A stretch of DNA of 35,820 nt, taken from contig JAXSMZ010000016.1 in the NCBI GenBank assembly GCA_037924335.1, positions 1-35,820 on the forward strand. Reading direction: 5' to 3'. Shown here piece by piece: positions 1 through 7,692 of the stretch. The translations under genes were made by a program, and so were the position numbers. Every line of letters starts with the position of its first letter. Within the stretch, counting starts at the first letter, position 1. Below the pieces are notes generated by a model that saw nothing but the letters and a program-made list of their open reading frames with translations, ran no database searches and was not told where the DNA came from. The stretch comes from Aquificaceae bacterium. Lineage in GTDB: Bacteria > Aquificota > Aquificia > Aquificales > Aquificaceae.

Positions 1-570
1 AATCTTTCAAGCCTAAATCAATGGCAGATATTTTATCTGCTGACATAATATTTTCTTGTGGCTCTTCTTCTACCAAGATAGATGCAAAATATTTGCCTGT
101 GGTTGTTTTCTCTATGGTAGCTGACTTGATAATACCGATAAAATTTCTGTGTAATTTTGCTTTAATTTCTCCTATTTTTGGAATTCTTATAGTTCTCTTT
201 TCAAAATCTACTCTAATTGAGTTGTTAACATTGTTTGTTGTATAGCTTTGTCTTGCTTTCTTTCTTTTGAATTTTGGCATTCCTATCTTTTTGGATAAAA
301 ACATTTTGAATGCTTTTTAAGATTAAGCTGTGCGTTAGCAAGTGAAAGGCTATCTACTTCTTTCAAAAATGGATAATCTTTTTTCAAACTTGCTGGCAAA
401 ACTTGTGGTATAGGCTTTTTCTCTTCTTTTGGTTTTCCTTTGTTTTCTTTGAATACGGTTAGTTTTATTTCTAACGCTTTATTCCAATAAAACCTTACGC
501 ATCCGAAGGTCTTCTCTAAAAAATCCTTTTGTCCTTTGCTTGGATATATCCTATATCTGTATGCTTTCAA
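1..570 (-). pseudogene. tnpB: IS200/IS605-family RNA-guided endonuclease TnpB, frameshifted, running off the window start
   Basis: N-terminus KAYRYRIYP...KTFGCVRFYWN...YPFLKEVDSLSLANAQLNL is typical of TnpB (likely start TTG at 570). After a 1-nt shift at the T5 run (314-318) the frame continues KAFKMFLSKKIGMPKFKRKKARQSY...IPKIG...GKYFASILVE...SAIDLGLKD (RuvC-I Asp motif) to position 1. Confidence 0.9.
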
Positions 571-604
571 CTTGCTATCTAATTTTACCTGTTTTATGGA
601 AATA

Positions 605-633
605 ATTATATTCCGAAACTGACTTCTTATCAA
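605..633 (-). promoter_or_regulatory. Sigma70-type promoter for tnpB
   Basis: Minus strand TTGATA (633-628), 17-nt spacer, TATAAT (610-605). Confidence 0.65.
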
Positions 634-635
634 GT

Positions 636-675
636 GCAATTCATCTCCACCCTATAGAGGATGGAGACTTCTTGC
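636..675 (-). repeat. IS200/IS605 left-end subterminal hairpin
   Basis: Minus strand GCAA-GAAG-TCTCCATCCT-CTAT-AGGGTGGAGA-TGAA-TTGC: 10-bp stem with one G-T pair plus outer GCAA/TTGC stem. Confidence 0.75.
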
Positions 676-696
676 AAGATTTATGTTAAAAATTTA

Positions 697-975
697 TCAT
701 AACTCAACAAGCCTTTTTATTTCCCTCTCCAAGCTACATGTACCATGAGAGTGGCAAAATATACACCTTCCCTTGGCATAGCTCTTAGCAAGCTTGACCA
801 TGTTGTGCCCCACAAGACCTGTAAAAATTATCACCCAATCGGCGCAGGCAAGAGCACTGTCAATACTCTGCTCCGTCTCCTGATTTATAAACTTTAATTT
901 AATTCTGTATCGCTTTGATAGCTCCTCTACCCTGGGTCTCATCCTGTCGTGACCGCCTAAGACAACGATGTTCAT
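697..975 (-). CDS. DUF2325-like small protein
   Basis: MNIVVLGGH...ADWVIIFTGLVGHNM pattern; GGGGGT RBS-like sequence upstream. Confidence 0.7.
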   Translation of the reverse strand: MNIVVLGGHDRMRPRVEELSKRYRIKLKFINQETEQSIDSALACADWVIIFTGLVGHNMVKLAKSYAKGRCIFCHSHGTCSLEREIKRLVEL

Positions 976-1064
976 AACGCACCCCCTATATTAAGATTGG
1001 ATTTCAATTTTATAAATATCTGAAGCTAGTATCAATGAGCTAAGTCATGTTATACTTCATTTTT

Positions 1065-1475
1065 ATGAATCCACCCAAAACCCCATTTTTAGCCGTTGAT
1101 GCCATCATAAGGCTCTGGGATGGTGAAAGTTTCAAGGGTGTTGTCCTGATAGAGAGACTTTATCCTCCTCATGGTTTTGCACTACCGGGTGGTTTTGTAG
1201 AGGTTGGGGAAAGGGTAGAGCAAGCTCTTATAAGGGAAGCAAAAGAGGAGACAGGACTTGATGTAAGCATAAGGAGACTTTTTGGTATCTATTCGGACCC
1301 AAAGAGAGACCCAAGGTTTCATGTGGTCTCCTTAGTCTTTTTAACGGATGCGACGGGGGAGCCAAAGGCTGGAGATGATGCAAAAAAGGTTTACATTTTT
1401 AAGCTTGAGGAATTGCCTTTTGACAAGCTGGTCTTTGACCATGCTAAGATACTAATGGATTTTCTGAAAGGTTAA
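1065..1475 (+). CDS. Nudix hydrolase (ADP-ribose pyrophosphatase/Ap4A hydrolase-like)
   Basis: Nudix box [36 protein letters not shown]. Start placed at ATG 1065 because an extended -10 (TGtTATACT 1048-1056) overlaps the upstream ATG. Confidence 0.9.
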   Translation: MNPPKTPFLAVDAIIRLWDGESFKGVVLIERLYPPHGFALPGGFVEVGERVEQALIREAKEETGLDVSIRRLFGIYSDPKRDPRFHVVSLVFLTDATGEPKAGDDAKKVYIFKLEELPFDKLVFDHAKILMDFLKG

Positions 1476-1500
1476 CTGCTGTGATATAATTAGTAATGCT

Positions 1501-1932
1501 ATGAAAAGGGGTTTTACTCTCATAGAAATCCTTATAGTTGTTATTATAATAGGCCTTCTTGCTGCTCTTGTGGCACCAAGGCTTGTAGGAAAACTCACAG
1601 AGTCTAAGGAAAAGATAGCAAGACAGCAGATAGCTATGCTATCAACGGCCGTAGACCTCTTTAGGGCTGATGTGGGAAGATATCCTACAACTCAGGAGGG
1701 GCTTGAAGCTCTGATAAGAAAGCCTGAAGGTGTTCCAGAAAACTTGTGGAAGGGTCCTTATGTAAAAGGGAACAAGCTCCCTCTCGACCCATGGATGAAT
1801 CCTTACCACTACTTTGGTCCGGATGATCCAAAGACTAAGGAGAAAGGAGTAGATTACCTTATCATATCTTACGGGGCAGATGGAAAAGAGGGAGGAGAAG
1901 GAGAAGCAAAGGATATATCAAACGCAGATTGA
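1501..1932 (+). CDS. gspG: Type II secretion major pseudopilin GspG
   Basis: Prepilin cleavage site KRG|FTLIE; GRYPTTQEGLEAL, WKGPY, DPW, SYGADGKEGGEG motifs. Confidence 0.92.
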   Translation: MKRGFTLIEILIVVIIIGLLAALVAPRLVGKLTESKEKIARQQIAMLSTAVDLFRADVGRYPTTQEGLEALIRKPEGVPENLWKGPYVKGNKLPLDPWMNPYHYFGPDDPKTKEKGVDYLIISYGADGKEGGEGEAKDISNAD

Positions 1933-1935
1933 TGC

Positions 1936-3054
1936 ATGAAACTTTTTGTAAATGGAACGCACCTCTATTATACACCAACTGGTTTGGGTATATACACAGA
2001 GAACATAATAAGAGAACTTCTGAAGGAGCTCGATAATGTAAAGGTTTTCTCTGGAAACACCCATTTCAAGCATAAGGCAAGTCAAAAGTTTATAAGAACA
2101 TCTTCTTATCTTGACCCAAGAAATGGTACATTTGGACATTTTTTTCGTATAGGATGGGAACAGAGCTTCCTTTGGGCTTACACTCTTATAGAGAGACCAG
2201 ATATACTTTTCTCCACAGTTCATGAGGGTGTTGTTTTGCCCTTGATAAAAACCAAGCAGGTGATAACAGTACACGACCTGATAGCCGTAAAGTTCCCTCA
2301 GCATTTTAAAAGATTGAAATACTACTTTGCTCACTTCCTGCCTTTTATTTTGAATAACTCTAGTGCTGTAGTCTGCGTTTCTGAAAATACAAAAAAAGAC
2401 TTGATAGAGTACTACCATACGTATGATAAACCTGTTTATGTTATACATCCAGGGTACGATAAGGGTCGTTTTTCTCCGAAGGACCCAGAGAAGGTAAAGA
2501 AAAAATACAACCTCAAAGAGTATTTCCTCTTCGTTGGTGATATGAGACCTCATAAAAACTTAAACAGGCTTATAGAAGCCTTTGATAGATTAAACTCTGA
2601 CCTTCAACTTGTTATAGCTGGTAAAAAAGATGAAAGATTCTATCCTAAGATAGAACAGCTGGCAAAAGGTAAGGGATTGGGGAGAAAGGTGAAGTTCCTT
2701 GACTATGTACCTTTGGAAGACCTCCCATACCTTTACTCTGGGGCTATAGCACTTACCTTCCCATCCCTTTACGAAGGATTTGGGCTTCCTGCTCTTGAGG
2801 CTATGGCCTGCGGATGTCCTGTGATAGCTTCAAAAATCTCATCACTTCCAGAGGTATGCGGGGATGCCGCCTACTACGTAGACCCATACAACGTAGATGA
2901 TCTAGCGGGGGCTCTTTATAAGGTTTGGCATGAGGAAGGAATAAGGGGAAAGCTAAGGAATATGGGATTGGAAAGAGCTAAACTCTTCTCTTGGGAAGAT
3001 TCGAGGAAGAAACACGTAAAACTGTTTGAGGAATTAGTTAGCTCGTCTCGTTGA
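1936..3054 (+). CDS. GT4 family glycosyltransferase (mannosyltransferase-like)
   Basis: [40 protein letters not shown] (EX7E). Confidence 0.92.
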   Translation: MKLFVNGTHLYYTPTGLGIYTENIIRELLKELDNVKVFSGNTHFKHKASQKFIRTSSYLDPRNGTFGHFFRIGWEQSFLWAYTLIERPDILFSTVHEGVVLPLIKTKQVITVHDLIAVKFPQHFKRLKYYFAHFLPFILNNSSAVVCVSENTKKDLIEYYHTYDKPVYVIHPGYDKGRFSPKDPEKVKKKYNLKEYFLFVGDMRPHKNLNRLIEAFDRLNSDLQLVIAGKKDERFYPKIEQLAKGKGLGRKVKFLDYVPLEDLPYLYSGAIALTFPSLYEGFGLPALEAMACGCPVIASKISSLPEVCGDAAYYVDPYNVDDLAGALYKVWHEEGIRGKLRNMGLERAKLFSWEDSRKKHVKLFEELVSSSR

Positions 3055-4144
3055 CTACTCTATCAACAAAAGCTTTGAACTTTTCCCTAAAGACTTCTTT
3101 GCTGAACCTTTTGGCCCTTTCCCTTATTCTTTCCGGCAAAAACTTCTCTTCGTTTTTTTCAAAAAAGTCTAATGCTTCTAAGAGTGCATCCTCGCTTTGC
3201 TCATAGAATAAGACTCCAGTTATTCTATCTTTAATTATATCTTTTGCGCCGCCAAAACCGTAAGCTATCACAGGTAAGCCACAAGCCTGGGCTTCAACCA
3301 TGGCTATACCAAAATCCTCCTCTCCCATGTAAACAAAAGCCCTTGCCTTCATAAGATACTCTTTTAACTCATCATTTTTTAGACTTCCTAGAAACTCTAT
3401 GTTTTTAGAAGCTATTTCCTTTAGCTTTTTATACTCAGGTCCATCTCCTACAATCAGCAGTTTTTTTCCTTTTTGGACAGAAAAGGCTTTTATTATCAGG
3501 TCCACTCTCTTGTAAGGCACTAGCCTTGAAACTGTTATGTAGTAATCTTCTCTGTTGGCAGCTATACTAAAATGATCTATATCAACGGGTGGATGTATAA
3601 CTTCCGCATGCCTTCCATAGACCTTCCTTATTCTATCCGCAACAGGATTAGAGTTGGCTATAAAGTAGTCCACTCTTTGAGAGCTTGAATAATCCCAAAG
3701 TCTTATGTAATGTAAAAAGAACTTAGCAAAAAAACCCTTCACACCCTTGCTGAGGTTTAATTCTTTTAAGTACTGATGATAAAGGTCCCATGCATACCTC
3801 ATAGGTGTATGACAGTAGCATATATGGGTCTGTTTAGCGTTTCTCAGAATTCCCTTCGCTACAGCGTGGGAAGAGGAAATTATTAGGTCATAGTGTGAGA
3901 GGTCAAAGTCTTCTATAGCCATCGGAAAAAGCGGCAGATAGTATCTGTACCATTTTGTTGGTTTGGGAAGCTTCTGTATGAATGAGGTATTAATATCTGC
4001 TTGACCCAGTGGGCTTTCTTTGAAGGCTTCCTTATTGTACAAAAGGGTGTAAATAGTGGAAGGGAAAAGTTTATATATCTCCTCTAGTACTTTTTCTGCT
4101 CCTGCATAAGAAACAAGCCAATCATGAACGATCGCTATTCTCAT
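3038..4144 (-). CDS. GT4 family glycosyltransferase (WbaZ-like)
   Basis: MRIAIVHDWL..GAEKV, YCHTPMRYAWD, SRLVPYKRVDL, EEDFGIAMVEAQACG. Confidence 0.92.
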   Translation of the reverse strand: MRIAIVHDWLVSYAGAEKVLEEIYKLFPSTIYTLLYNKEAFKESPLGQADINTSFIQKLPKPTKWYRYYLPLFPMAIEDFDLSHYDLIISSSHAVAKGILRNAKQTHICYCHTPMRYAWDLYHQYLKELNLSKGVKGFFAKFFLHYIRLWDYSSSQRVDYFIANSNPVADRIRKVYGRHAEVIHPPVDIDHFSIAANREDYYITVSRLVPYKRVDLIIKAFSVQKGKKLLIVGDGPEYKKLKEIASKNIEFLGSLKNDELKEYLMKARAFVYMGEEDFGIAMVEAQACGLPVIAYGFGGAKDIIKDRITGVLFYEQSEDALLEALDFFEKNEEKFLPERIRERAKRFSKEVFREKFKAFVDRVVNETS

Positions 4145-4184
4145 TCCAGGTTTAATAGTTTATGACATATTAAACATTATGCTG

Positions 4185-4218
4185 TGTTATACTATACCCA
4201 TATATTTTAAGGAGGAGG
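4185..4218 (+). promoter_or_regulatory. Extended -10 promoter and Shine-Dalgarno for the lipoprotein/surface-protein pair
   Basis: TGtTATACT at 4185-4193; AAGGAGGAGG just upstream of ATG 4221. Confidence 0.55.
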
Positions 4219-4220
4219 AT

Positions 4221-4877
4221 ATGAAGAAGATAGCTCTTCTTTGCTTGACAGCAATGATGTATTCTTGTGGTGGTGGGAGTGGTTCTGACATTTACGGTAG
4301 CTTTGATACAGTGCTTGTTGGCATAACGAGCTTAACCCCTACCAAGGTAAACAGTGACACATTGATCTGGGTAGGACAGGCTGGTCAGATATGCAGTGTA
4401 TCCTTTCAGGACGATGCCATTAACATAAAGATTAAGAGCGAAACCATAAAGGATGCTGCAGGAAATCCTGTCACATCTAACCCATCACCCGTTTACTTTG
4501 ATAGCTATAGGGTGATATGGAGCAATGCAGTATCCAACAACACCTGTGAGGGAGCTCCAGAATGTAGACAGATATTTGCCACACCCTTTGCACAGCTCAC
4601 TGGCATAACGGTCCCACCGGATAGCGAAGTGGAGATTACGGGGCTTGTGATCAGTTTAGCGGCTTGGAAGGCAAGCGTCCTCAGCCAGTACTGTGTATCA
4701 CCCTTAGATAACTGCATATATAACGCCGTGCTTGAGCTTCATGGAAGGGAGGTTCTCACCGGAAGGGCCAAAGTAGTAAGGGCATCCTTTAACATAGAGT
4801 TTTCAGACTATAACCAGGGTAATGCCTGCGGTGCAACAGATTGTGTGGCAGATAGCCAAGACTGTATAAGGAGGTAG
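4221..4877 (+). CDS. Cys-rich lipoprotein of unknown function
   Basis: Strong SD before ATG 4221; signal II MKKIALLCLTAMMYS-C followed by GGGSGS linker; 8 further Cys. Confidence 0.75.
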   Translation: MKKIALLCLTAMMYSCGGGSGSDIYGSFDTVLVGITSLTPTKVNSDTLIWVGQAGQICSVSFQDDAINIKIKSETIKDAAGNPVTSNPSPVYFDSYRVIWSNAVSNNTCEGAPECRQIFATPFAQLTGITVPPDSEVEITGLVISLAAWKASVLSQYCVSPLDNCIYNAVLELHGREVLTGRAKVVRASFNIEFSDYNQGNACGATDCVADSQDCIRR

Positions 4878-4881
4878 TGGG

Positions 4882-6567
4882 ATGAAAAGGTACATTGCTT
4901 TGACAGCGTTGTTTGTAGCCTTTGGCATTTCTTTCTCTCTACAGCCCCAAATAAGGATATTTCCATCCTCTCCTTACGGATACGGACCTACTACTATAGA
5001 CACTACTAAAACGACAGACTTTGCCATTACCAACATAGGTGACCAGACAGCAGGACCTCTTAGGATATGCGGTACATCAATACCATCAGGTTTTGAAAAC
5101 TTTAAAATAGTTGCCGATAATTGTACGGGGAGAAGCTTAGGCTACGGTGATTCTTGTACTTTATCTGTAAGGTTTGAACCAAGGCAGAAGATGTCATACA
5201 CTGGAACTCTTGCTGTAGTTTACGATGATGATGGGGATTCTTCCTCGTGCAATACGCAAAATACAGCTATTGTGGACCTTGGAGGTATAGGTGTGGCAGT
5301 CAAAATATCAGGATCTGGATGCGACCCTTCCAGGTTTATATGCGACTTTGGTGATGTGGACATAGGTAATAACACATTTAAGACTGTTAGGATATGCAAT
5401 GCCAGCGGTAATCCTCTCTTTCTTTTCAATCCAGCCTTTAATCTGATAGAGAATCCCGTTGGAGACATACCAGCCTACGGGATCATAACTACAAACTGCA
5501 ATGGTGCGACACTGAACTTTTCAGCTGACAACACTAACGATTGTGTGAGCAACTACTGTGAGCTTAGTCTGTCCTTCTCCCCTCAGTCTGACAAGGACTA
5601 CTTTGGGACTGTAAAAATAAACGATGCAAACGGTGGACCAGGAAATCAACCATCCAACGTTGGTATATTCCTAAGAGGAAAAGGGAGGATACCAGCTGCA
5701 GATATTGATTTTGGAACAGTTCCCCTAGGCAGTTTTATAGACAGGTTTGTGAACGTGTCCTTTACGTGTCCAGACAATGGGAATGCAATCCCCGGTGAAA
5801 CCATAAACCTTCCCACGTCCCTGGTTAGTGTCTCCGGCACATACTTTTCTCTTTCTGATTCTTCCTGTCCTACAACATGCATAGAAGGTCAAACTGTCAA
5901 TTGTAACGTTGTTGTAAGATTTCAGCCCTTTACCGCTGGTGTTTTTACTGGAAGGGTCATAGTAGCACCGCCCTTAGGAAATCCCATAGAGAGGACCTTG
6001 GTGGGAAGAGGTGGCCCAGCATCGCAGAACTTTTTGAGCTTGAGCAATGATTCCATTGACTTTGGTAGTGTTCCAAGATTCTCAAGCGTTGGTAAGGTTC
6101 TAGTCGTTAGGAATATAACTTCCTCCGTTCTTGAGTTCAACGTCGATGCAGCCGGGAGTGGATTCTCTGTAAGCATGGTAGGATGCACGTGCAATGATGG
6201 GTATATTTCCAACGGTACTGCTTGCATCCCACCAACGACATCACCGCCACCACCGCCAACATCTTTAAGAGCATACAAGCTAAGACCTGGAGAGGTTTGT
6301 TCGGTAGCTGTAAGCTTCTCCCCTCCGCTTGCAGCAAGGGGAACTTTGGGTGGAGTTCTTGTATTTGATACGCAGGCTCAGGTTATAACCGTCCCTATGA
6401 CTGCCCAAGTAGCTGTTGCCAATCCACCTACCACACCCCCTACACTTCCATCTGTTGGTTCTGGTGGGGGTGGATGTAGCTTGGGTACTGGTAATGCCCT
6501 TTCTTTAATAGCCTGGCTTCTTGTACCCTTTGGCATAATGACAAGAAAGATAATTAGGAGAATTTAA
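4882..6567 (+). CDS. Secreted surface protein with four Ig-like (ASH/choice-of-anchor-D-like) repeats and C-terminal GGGGC-TM-basic sorting tail
   Basis: Signal peptide; repeats open with (D)FGxV and contain CxxxVxFxP...G; Pro/Thr linker; SGGGGCS then hydrophobic helix then RKIIRRI. Confidence 0.75.
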   Translation: MKRYIALTALFVAFGISFSLQPQIRIFPSSPYGYGPTTIDTTKTTDFAITNIGDQTAGPLRICGTSIPSGFENFKIVADNCTGRSLGYGDSCTLSVRFEPRQKMSYTGTLAVVYDDDGDSSSCNTQNTAIVDLGGIGVAVKISGSGCDPSRFICDFGDVDIGNNTFKTVRICNASGNPLFLFNPAFNLIENPVGDIPAYGIITTNCNGATLNFSADNTNDCVSNYCELSLSFSPQSDKDYFGTVKINDANGGPGNQPSNVGIFLRGKGRIPAADIDFGTVPLGSFIDRFVNVSFTCPDNGNAIPGETINLPTSLVSVSGTYFSLSDSSCPTTCIEGQTVNCNVVVRFQPFTAGVFTGRVIVAPPLGNPIERTLVGRGGPASQNFLSLSNDSIDFGSVPRFSSVGKVLVVRNITSSVLEFNVDAAGSGFSVSMVGCTCNDGYISNGTACIPPTTSPPPPPTSLRAYKLRPGEVCSVAVSFSPPLAARGTLGGVLVFDTQAQVITVPMTAQVAVANPPTTPPTLPSVGSGGGGCSLGTGNALSLIAWLLVPFGIMTRKIIRRI

Positions 6568-6581
6568 GGGGCTTTGCCCCT
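6567..6581. terminator. Short GC hairpin between convergent genes, possible bidirectional terminator
   Basis: AGGGGC-TTT-GCCCCT, followed on + by ACCTTTTT. Confidence 0.4.
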
Positions 6582-7692
6582 ACCTTTTTATAAAGAGAAA
6601 GGCACCAAGGAGGGGGAAGATGAGCATCAAAAGAGCAGAAAGCTTGTAGTTATCCCCTGTGAGAGTGAGGAAAAAGGACCATGCAAAAAGCCCAGTAGTA
6701 GAAGCTATGCGTTCTGTAAGAGACAAAAAGGAGAGCCTAACAGAGGCCTGAGCCTTTGGAAAAGCTTCAAGAATCAAAACCCTGGATGTGGTCCAAAGGT
6801 GTGCCAAAGAGAAACCACCAAAAAGGCCTATTAAAAGTATGAGATCTCTTGGTACAATGTACAAAAAGGAAAGGAACATAGACCAAAGGAGAAAACCAAA
6901 GGGGAAAAGAGCATAAACACCGACCCTATCTATCAACCTGCCAAAAAAAAGACCGCCAAGAACTCCACCAACTGCCGATAGTCCTATTATCCTGTAAATT
7001 TCTGTATCAACAAGCCCATAGACCTTCTTAAGGTAAATGCCCATCATAGCTATTAAAGTGTTTGCAACCTCTGTAAGGGAGAGGATGGACAAAACCGTGT
7101 AGATGAACCTTTTATCCTTGAATATCTCCCTGAGAAGTATCTTCTCTTTTATGGGTGGGTTTTCAAGTAACAGAAGGGATGGAAGAGAGAGCAAAAAGAA
7201 GATCATGGATGACTGAAGGAAAACGTAAGGAATTCTCATGTACCTTGCAAGAAAAATAAGAGCTACGGCAGAACCCACATATCCCATAGCCACACCAAAC
7301 CCTGAAGCCATACCTTTCTTTTCGAAGGATAGCAGCATAGAGTTATAGAACACAAGAGCCTGCTGATGGGAGATGGTCATAAGAGAGTAAAGGCAAAGAG
7401 CCAAAAGGGGAGTTTCTGCCAGAGGGGTAAGGGACATGCCCAGAAGGGTTGTTGTGAGGCTAAAGCTAACAAAAAAAGCTTTTCTGATCCCATACCTGTC
7501 TGCTATCTTCCCAAGGTATAAGGCCACAAAAAAGGACAACAAGAATGCAGTTCCATAAACTAACGAATAAACTTTAGTGTCAACGTATTTTGTTATGAAA
7601 AGAGGGAAAAAGGTAGAGTACACAAGGGCACCAAGTATGGTTTCCCCTGCATCGTAAAGGGCAAAGGATGCTATGTTAAGCTTTCTTCTCAG
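6580..7692 (-). CDS. MFS transporter (UMF1/Atg22-like), probable CTG start
   Basis: Many hydrophobic helices; LGKIADRYGIRK MFS motif A. The frame extends upstream of GTG 7623 through SFALYDAGET to CTG at 7692, which has an in-frame TGA two codons earlier and a GGAG upstream. Confidence 0.8.
   Translation of the reverse strand: MRRKLNIASFALYDAGETILGALVYSTFFPLFITKYVDTKVYSLVYGTAFLLSFFVALYLGKIADRYGIRKAFFVSFSLTTTLLGMSLTPLAETPLLALCLYSLMTISHQQALVFYNSMLLSFEKKGMASGFGVAMGYVGSAVALIFLARYMRIPYVFLQSSMIFFLLSLPSLLLLENPPIKEKILLREIFKDKRFIYTVLSILSLTEVANTLIAMMGIYLKKVYGLVDTEIYRIIGLSAVGGVLGGLFFGRLIDRVGVYALFPFGFLLWSMFLSFLYIVPRDLILLIGLFGGFSLAHLWTTSRVLILEAFPKAQASVRLSFLSLTERIASTTGLFAWSFFLTLTGDNYKLSALLMLIFPLLGAFLFIKR

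Larger units (their letters stand above)
1..685 (-). mobile_element. Non-autonomous IS200/IS605 (IS1341-like) element, left part; no tnpA between left end and tnpB
   Basis: tnpB preceded by a subterminal hairpin at 636-675; more AT-rich than flanking genes. The boundary at 685 is inferred. Confidence 0.75.

Noticed and set aside
21..245. 74-aa plus-strand ORF
   Set aside because: Antisense shadow of the frameshifted tnpB continuation.
571..639. N-terminal extension of the tnpB ORF (MHLIRSQF...)
   Set aside because: Overlaps the predicted promoter and left end; TnpB similarity begins at LKAYRYR.
1918..2553. 211-aa minus-strand ORF
   Set aside because: Antisense to a clear GT4 gene; no recognisable motifs.
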